From: Nitrospinales bacterium
GTDB lineage: Bacteria > Nitrospinota > Nitrospinia > Nitrospinales > VA-1
Assembly: GCA_965205835.1 (NCBI GenBank)
Contig: OZ242182.1
Coordinates: 1,935,246-1,999,245 of the forward strand
Length of the DNA: 64,000 nucleotides
Direction: 5' to 3'
Shown here: positions 58,125 to 64,000 of the stretch, in pieces
Layout: each line of letters starts with the position of its first letter
How positions within the stretch are numbered: position 1 is the stretch's first letter
Translations under genes and position numbers: made by a program
Notes under the pieces: model-generated
The model's input: only the letters and a program-made list of their open reading frames with translations
Database searches by the model: none
What the model was told of the DNA's origin: nothing

Positions 58125-60821
58125 ATGAGCAGTCAAAATTCATACAAGGGCGCACGATTTTATAAGTGCGCTTTACAGGTTAACTCGTATCGCTATGCGG
58201 AATATCGAGGTAAGACACCACAGGATGAGAGCACTTACAATAACCAAATTCTGGAGCAGTGCAAAACAAATAATATCAAGGTGGTTGGGTTAGCTGATCA
58301 CGGTAAAGTAGAAGATTCGGAATCGTTGCGGAGTTTGTTGCGGGGAAGGGATATCACCGTATTTCCCGGATTTGAAATCGCAAGCTCTGAAAAGATTCAC
58401 ATGGTTTGTCTTTATCCTGAAGAAACAATAATATCAAAGCTCAATCAGTATCTTGGGCAGTTGATGGGAACTAACACCTCTGAGCTTAAGGAAGCATCCA
58501 CATATCCATCATCGCTAAGCTGCGAAGAAATTGCAAGTGCTGTTCTAAATAATCAAATAGGGTTTTGGTATGCAGCACATATGACAGGAACAAATGGTTT
58601 GCTCAGCTTAAGTCGCACGGGTGGTAATTATATTCACCTTTGGAGAAAAAAAGATTTAGTGGTTGCCGGACAAATCCCCGGGAAAACAGACGATTTAGAT
58701 GTCGAGCAAACCAAATTAAAGAGCTATAAAGATATTATTGAAAACAAAAACCCTGACTACAAGCGAGACAAACCCATTGCCATCATCAACGCTAAGGATA
58801 TAGAGCAACCTGAAACACTGGCGCATCCTTCCGCTTCTTGTTTGATTAAGATGACCGAACCCAACTTCGATGCATTCAAGCAGGCATTCATGGATTCGGA
58901 ATCTCGCATTCGCTTAAATCACCAAGCACCGGAACGTCAGTATTCATCTATCAAATCCATAAAGTGGCAAGGTGCTGGATTTTTTGAAGATAGTGATATC
59001 ATATTTTCTAAACATCTCAATACTATTATTGGTGGTCGTGGCACAGGTAAATCGACCATAATAGAAAGCATACGCTACGCTTTGGACTTGCCAACTCGCA
59101 AGGATAATAATGGTAATAAGTCGTTGGAGGTTTTTCGTAAAAACATACTCAATAATTCACAGGTTATTTTAGAAGTTTATTCAAAAACGCAGCAAGGGAA
59201 CTGCTATACAATCAGCAGGCGTTATGGCGAAGCACCGATAGTTAAAAATAATCAGGGAGAAGTTTCTCATTTAATACCAAGGGATATTCTGCCAGATATT
59301 GAATTGCTGGGACAAAACGAGATTTTAGAAATTGAAAAGGATGAAGATGCCAAACTGTCTCTTATTGACAACTTTCTGCCAAATAGCGATAGATTTAATA
59401 CTGACATGGCTGAAATTAAACGTAGGTTGGCAGATAACAGAAATAAGTTGATAAAAGCGAATGAGGAGCTTGAACGACTGGACGAGGCCATCAGCAAAGA
59501 AGACAAACTGAAGGAAAAAGTAACGCAATTTAAAAAGCTAGGCGTAGAGGATAAGTTAAAGAATGCTAAATTGATCGAAAAAGAAAAGATCATTCAAGCA
59601 AAAATTAAAGAACAGTTTGATGCGGTTGAAAAATGGACAAAGAGCTATCAATCAATATTTGACTTGACGTTTTTGCGAGAAACTGATCTTGCGGAGCTTC
59701 CCAATGAATCAAGCATGGTCGCAACGCGGAAAATTTTTGAGGATTTACAAAAAACACTCAGTGACCTCATTGAACAAGCTAATAAAGAATTACAAAACGC
59801 TAAGGAAAAGTATCAAGAAGCACAATCACCATGGCAAGAGAAAGCGGAAAAAATTCGTACTGATCTGAATGAAGCGATTACCCAACTGCCCGGGCAGGCA
59901 GGAAAATCTGGCAAAGAATTAGGAACGGAATATACAGACATCATTCAACAATTGACGCTAATAGAAAAACAAGGGCAGACACACAAGAATCAGAAGAAAA
60001 TAGTTGAAGCGATTGAACTTGAGCGAACAACTCTGCTGGAAGAATATCGAAATACTGCTTTCAATTATTTTAAAACTATGGATAAAAAGGTTAAAAAACT
60101 AAACGAAAGCGACCTAAAAGACAAAGTAAAAATTGAAGTGAATCGCTGTGGAAACGTGGATTCTCTAAAAGATTTTCTGCTTGATATTGAGGGCATTGGC
60201 GAGTCTAAAATACAATGGTTAAATGAGGAGAAAATAGAATTGGATTTGGTGGAATGGTCACAATGGATAAAAGAGAAAAATTCTGTTGCTTTTATGGAAA
60301 AATACCAAGCATACGGATTAACCAGAGGCGTTGCAGACAGGCTGATTAGCGTGAACATATCTAAACGGTTGGAATTGGAAGAGATTGAGCTGAAAGATCA
60401 AGTTGGTATTAAACTGAACACGGCTCACGAGAATAGTGCCCCCTACTATATACCGCTTGATAAGTTATCAACAGGTCAAAAATGTACGGCTATCTTAAAT
60501 TTGCTGCTACTGAACCCTAATGATCCTTTGATTATTGACCAGCCAGAAGATAACTTAGATAACGCTTTTATCGCCGAACGTATTGTGCGGGATTTAAGAA
60601 AGCTCAAAATCAATCGGCAATTTTTGTTTGCCTCCCACAACGCCAACATACCGGTATTTGGCGATGCCGAGTTAATTGCAGTGTTAGATAGCAAAGAGGG
60701 AAAAGGGCAGATTAAAAATATCGGCTCTATTGATAAATTAGAAGTGAGCAAGGATGCAGCGGAAATACTGGAAGGCGGAGAAGCGGCTTTTAATATGCGA
60801 AAAAACAAGTATGGTTTTTAA
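58125..60821 (+). CDS. PHP-like N-terminal domain fused to an SMC/Rad50/RecN-type ABC ATPase
   Basis: 898-aa ORF. N-terminus GARFYKCALQVNSYRY...GLADHG...FPGFEIASSEKIHMVCLY (PHP-like). Walker A IIGGRGTGKSTII. A long K/E-rich coiled-coil-like middle region. LSTGQKCTAILNLLL, Walker B PLIIDQPEDNLD and FASHNANI. Confidence 0.8.
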   Translation: MSSQNSYKGARFYKCALQVNSYRYAEYRGKTPQDESTYNNQILEQCKTNNIKVVGLADHGKVEDSESLRSLLRGRDITVFPGFEIASSEKIHMVCLYPEETIISKLNQYLGQLMGTNTSELKEASTYPSSLSCEEIASAVLNNQIGFWYAAHMTGTNGLLSLSRTGGNYIHLWRKKDLVVAGQIPGKTDDLDVEQTKLKSYKDIIENKNPDYKRDKPIAIINAKDIEQPETLAHPSASCLIKMTEPNFDAFKQAFMDSESRIRLNHQAPERQYSSIKSIKWQGAGFFEDSDIIFSKHLNTIIGGRGTGKSTIIESIRYALDLPTRKDNNGNKSLEVFRKNILNNSQVILEVYSKTQQGNCYTISRRYGEAPIVKNNQGEVSHLIPRDILPDIELLGQNEILEIEKDEDAKLSLIDNFLPNSDRFNTDMAEIKRRLADNRNKLIKANEELERLDEAISKEDKLKEKVTQFKKLGVEDKLKNAKLIEKEKIIQAKIKEQFDAVEKWTKSYQSIFDLTFLRETDLAELPNESSMVATRKIFEDLQKTLSDLIEQANKELQNAKEKYQEAQSPWQEKAEKIRTDLNEAITQLPGQAGKSGKELGTEYTDIIQQLTLIEKQGQTHKNQKKIVEAIELERTTLLEEYRNTAFNYFKTMDKKVKKLNESDLKDKVKIEVNRCGNVDSLKDFLLDIEGIGESKIQWLNEEKIELDLVEWSQWIKEKNSVAFMEKYQAYGLTRGVADRLISVNISKRLELEEIELKDQVGIKLNTAHENSAPYYIPLDKLSTGQKCTAILNLLLLNPNDPLIIDQPEDNLDNAFIAERIVRDLRKLKINRQFLFASHNANIPVFGDAELIAVLDSKEGKGQIKNIGSIDKLEVSKDAAEILEGGEAAFNMRKNKYGF

Positions 60822-60836
60822 GGATGTTAGTACGAG

Positions 60837-62036
60837 ATGCTAAAAAGTAAACTGTTAGAACTCCTTAACCAAGGGGAAGGACCTAAACTTGAATATAAGC
60901 AGGATAGTATCCGCCCCGAGTCGCTGGCGAAACAAATAGTCGGTCTTGCTAATATGAATGGCGGTCAAATTCTAATGGGTGTTGAAGACGATGGTCGTGT
61001 TAGCGGCATTCAAAGAGAGAATTTTCAAGAATGGTTGATGGATACGGTTGTCGCAAAATATGTTCACCCTTTTATCTTGCCAGACTATGAAGAAGTCACC
61101 TTTGAAGACAAAAAAATAGCAGTTGTGGAAATCCCACCGGGCAACAACAAGCCATACATGGTTAAACACAACGACCGTGAGGACATCTATGTTCGCTACG
61201 GTAATACCTGCCAATTGGCAACACGAGAACAGCAAGCTAGATTATTCGCTACTGGCGGGCTTTTGTCGGCAGAAAAATTTCCTGTACTTGGTTCCACAAT
61301 TGCAGATTTGGATGAACGACGCTACAAAGAATATTTCCACGATATCCTAGAACATCCGCGAGCAGATGATTTGCAAAAATTGCTTATTGACCATAGCTTT
61401 CTGGTGGGTGAGTCTCAAAATTTAAGCTGTAGCTATTTTGCCTATGCCTTGTTTGCGAAAACACCCCAAGTAAAGTTGCCACAGGCTGGACTAAGACTCA
61501 CCGTTTATGATGGAGATGACAAGGATTACAACACTCTGTTTGATAAAGATTTTAACATCCCTATGGTGGCGTATCGTGGCTCCTCAATATCTGACCCCAT
61601 TGAAAACTCGTTGCATGAAAATAGAGATTTTCTGGAATACATTAGCCACGAGAAGCTGGAACAGATGACCCGTAAGAGAGTATGGAATTACCCCAAAGAA
61701 GTAATAAGAGAATTAGTGATCAACGCACTCATTCATCGAGACTGGACAAAGCAGGGTTCTGTGCGCGTTGTTATTTATGCCAACCGCTTTGAAATAACCA
61801 GCCCCGGCGCATTACCAAACGGTATGACAGTGGAGAAAATAAAAAATGGCGTGTCTGAACAACGCAATCCATTGGCAGCTAGAGTTTTCCGAGATTACGG
61901 TTATCTGGAACAGCAAGGAATGGGCATTCGGCTCAAAGTCATTCCGTTGATGTTGGAGCACAACAGCAGGGAGCCCGATTTTGAATCCACTGAAGACCAT
62001 TTCAAAGTAACACTATGGAGAAGACAAACAAACTAA
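60837..62036 (+). CDS. AlbA_2 (Schlafen-type 'divergent AAA') plus HATPase_c_4-like protein, putative nucleic-acid-binding regulator/sensor
   Basis: 399-aa ORF. N-terminus LLELLNQGEGPKLEYKQDSIRPESLAKQIVGLANMNGGQILMGVEDDGRVSGI. C-terminus ELVINALIHRDWTKQGSVRVVIYANRFEITSPGALPNGMT...RNPLAARVFRDYGYLEQQGMGI. Confidence 0.75.
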   Translation: MLKSKLLELLNQGEGPKLEYKQDSIRPESLAKQIVGLANMNGGQILMGVEDDGRVSGIQRENFQEWLMDTVVAKYVHPFILPDYEEVTFEDKKIAVVEIPPGNNKPYMVKHNDREDIYVRYGNTCQLATREQQARLFATGGLLSAEKFPVLGSTIADLDERRYKEYFHDILEHPRADDLQKLLIDHSFLVGESQNLSCSYFAYALFAKTPQVKLPQAGLRLTVYDGDDKDYNTLFDKDFNIPMVAYRGSSISDPIENSLHENRDFLEYISHEKLEQMTRKRVWNYPKEVIRELVINALIHRDWTKQGSVRVVIYANRFEITSPGALPNGMTVEKIKNGVSEQRNPLAARVFRDYGYLEQQGMGIRLKVIPLMLEHNSREPDFESTEDHFKVTLWRRQTN

Positions 62037-64000
62037 CCATCAACTCTCCTTATGAAGAGCCCTCTCATTATTTGAAATATGACCGGGAGAAGCGCCTGTT
62101 CTCTAAAGAAGAGGGTCGGCGGCGTGCTGGATATGTAGTTGCCACCTCAGGTTCCAAATCTTTTGATGACCCCGGACAATTTGTTCCACTTCTACTGGTC
62201 AATAAAATTCGCCCTCGCGTCAAAGCATGGCGGGAAGCCGGGTATCCTGGGGTTACTGGAATAACCAAACGTTTGCTTGAACATTGGAAAAACGAAGAGG
62301 AACGGGCTCACCGTCAATTCTTCTTCTGCCAGATGGAAGCAATTGAAACAATAGTCTGGTTGAATGAGGCTTCTTCTGCCAAAAAACAGGGAATCGACGT
62401 ACCTAGTGACGGCGGTCCTTTCACTCGCCTCTGTTCCAAGATGGCTACCGGCTCAGGAAAAACGATTGTTATGGCAATGCTGATTGCTTGGCAAGTCATT
62501 AACAAAATTACTTACCCGCAGGATAGACGATTCTCAAAAAATGTGTTTATCATCGCTCCCGGCTTGACGGTTAAAAATCGGTTGCGGGTTTTAAATCATT
62601 CCTGTGACGATAATTATTACGATGAATTCAACATTGTTCCTTTAGCCCTAAGAGGAAAACTGCGGCAAGGGAAAATATTGATCCATAATTGGCACAAGCT
62701 GAATTGGGAAAATGAGGAAAAAATTAAAAGTAAAAAAGGTGTGGATAAGCGGGGAGCCAAAAGTGATTGCGCTTATGCTCGGGAAGTTTTGGGAAATATG
62801 GCCAACGCAAAAAATATTCTGGTCATTAACGATGAGGCGCATCACGCCTGGCGGGTCCCCGCAGAATCTAAAATAGCAGGGATCAAAAAGGAAGACATTG
62901 AGGAGGCTACTAAATGGGTAGGAGGCCTGGACCGCATTCATAACGCCTGTGGTATCATGACCTGTTACGATCTTTCGGCCACCCCTTTTGCTCCTTCTGG
63001 GAAAAAAGCGCAAGAAGAAGCCCTGTTTCCCTGGGTGATTAGCGATTTCGGATTGAACGATGCGATAGAATCTGGATTGGTCAAGACACCCAGGGTGGTT
63101 GTGCGTGATGATGCCCTGCCCGACACCAAAACTTTTAAATCAAAACTATATCATCTTTATATAGCATCCGAAGTTAAAGATGATTTGAACAGAAAAGCCG
63201 AGGAATATGAGCCACTACCCGACCTAGTATTGAACGCGTATTATTTATTGGGGCTGGACTGGAGAGAAACCGCACGGGATTGGAAAAAGAATGGGTTTAA
63301 AGTTCCGCCGGTAATGATAACCGTAGCCAACCGAACTGAAACAGCTGCACGAGTAAAATACGCGTTCGATAAATCAAAAATTAATATCGAAGAATTATCA
63401 AATCCTGATTTAACCCTTCATATTGATTCAAATGTATTGAAGAAGGCGGAAGAGGTTGAGGAGCCCGTTACGGTTAATGGCCGTGATCAGAATTCTAAAG
63501 GGGATAGGGCTAAACCAAAACTTACCAGGCAGGAAATGGCGGAAAATCTTCGTCTGCAAGTTAACACGATTGGAAACATCGGGAAACCCGGCGAAAAGAT
63601 CCAAAATGTAATTTCCGTTGGCATGCTTTCAGAGGGATGGGACACCAAAACCGTTACCCATATCATGGGCCTGCGGGCATTTTCCAGCCAGTTATTATGC
63701 GAGCAAGTCGTAGGGCGTGGTTTAAGAAGAACTTCTTATGAAGTAGACCTGGAGACAGGATTATTTCAGGCGGAGTACGTCAATATTTTTGGCATCCCAT
63801 TCACTTTCCTTCCTCATGAAGAAGGAGACGGTCCTCCCCCTCCTCCCCCGTCGCCCAAGACCAAAATTGAACCAGTGCCGGAGAAACAATGTTATGAAAT
63901 TTCCTGGCCCAATATAATCCGGACCAACCGCGTGTACAAACCTGTTCTAGAGCTTGACCTGGATAAGGCACAACCCTTTAAGATGGATGCCACGGAAAAC
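62015..64000 (+). CDS. res: type III restriction Res-like helicase subunit (locus 2), 3' end beyond the window
   Basis: Absent from the ORF track because there is no stop in the window. Manual translation from the ATG at 62015 gives MEKTNKLTINSPYEEPSHYLKYD...SKMATGSGKTIVMAM (Walker A)...LVINDEAHHAW (DEAH)...SEGWDTKTVTHIMGLRAF...QVVGRGLRR. The frame is open for 662 codons to the window edge. It overlaps the previous gene by 22 nt. Confidence 0.85.
   Translation, partial: MEKTNKLTINSPYEEPSHYLKYDREKRLFSKEEGRRRAGYVVATSGSKSFDDPGQFVPLLLVNKIRPRVKAWREAGYPGVTGITKRLLEHWKNEEERAHRQFFFCQMEAIETIVWLNEASSAKKQGIDVPSDGGPFTRLCSKMATGSGKTIVMAMLIAWQVINKITYPQDRRFSKNVFIIAPGLTVKNRLRVLNHSCDDNYYDEFNIVPLALRGKLRQGKILIHNWHKLNWENEEKIKSKKGVDKRGAKSDCAYAREVLGNMANAKNILVINDEAHHAWRVPAESKIAGIKKEDIEEATKWVGGLDRIHNACGIMTCYDLSATPFAPSGKKAQEEALFPWVISDFGLNDAIESGLVKTPRVVVRDDALPDTKTFKSKLYHLYIASEVKDDLNRKAEEYEPLPDLVLNAYYLLGLDWRETARDWKKNGFKVPPVMITVANRTETAARVKYAFDKSKINIEELSNPDLTLHIDSNVLKKAEEVEEPVTVNGRDQNSKGDRAKPKLTRQEMAENLRLQVNTIGNIGKPGEKIQNVISVGMLSEGWDTKTVTHIMGLRAFSSQLLCEQVVGRGLRRTSYEVDLETGLFQAEYVNIFGIPFTFLPHEEGDGPPPPPPSPKTKIEPVPEKQCYEISWPNIIRTNRVYKPVLELDLDKAQPFKMDATEN

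Overview
This 64-kb window is from a Gram-negative-type bacterial chromosome (LPS-heptose genes, a TonB-dependent receptor). About half is housekeeping and half is accessory.

Core blocks:
- pyrF (partial), a Nudix gene and an ArsC-like gene, next to smc
- nadE
- a long phosphohexomutase plus an LbH transferase
- tRNA-Leu(UAG)
- tig-clpP-clpX-lon
- def-fmt-UXS-radC-gmhA-hldE, convergent with hldD
- the tightly coupled apgM-like-lysC-cimA operon
- glnB-glnA-glnE

Accessory content:
1. 35.6-43.4 kb, minus strand. A four-gene type III-like operon: mod, ABC-type ATPase, small PD-(D/E)xK-like protein, res. All three large genes are damaged: mod has an in-frame TAA, the ATPase has a frameshift, and res has a frameshift plus loss of its C-terminal nuclease region. 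An MNT-HepT toxin-antitoxin cassette sits just upstream of res, bracketed by a 142-bp duplication of the res 5' end.
2. 43.4-45.5 kb. A GNAT/DUF1778 (TacAT-like) toxin-antitoxin pair and a decayed M48 peptidase gene, bracketed by ~243-bp direct repeats.
3. 55.6 kb to beyond 64 kb, plus strand. A second, apparently intact four-gene operon: mod, PHP-like SMC/Rad50-type ATPase, AlbA_2/HATPase protein, res. A G11 homopolymer cuts off the conserved mod C-terminus; G12 would restore it and couple mod to the next gene.
4. 9.4-10.4 kb. A degraded DUF4411/ImmA-IrrE pair.
5. Several dispersed repeat families. These include composite arrays flanking the TonB-dependent receptor gene, a 19-nt intergenic motif (7 copies), and an 18-nt GC-rich palindrome inserted in frame, twice, in the decayed mod gene.

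The recurring mod-ATPase-X-res layout is my best candidate for an undescribed composite defence system. I found no rRNA, CRISPR array, integrase or transposase. All calls rest on reading translated motifs by eye; no database search was run.
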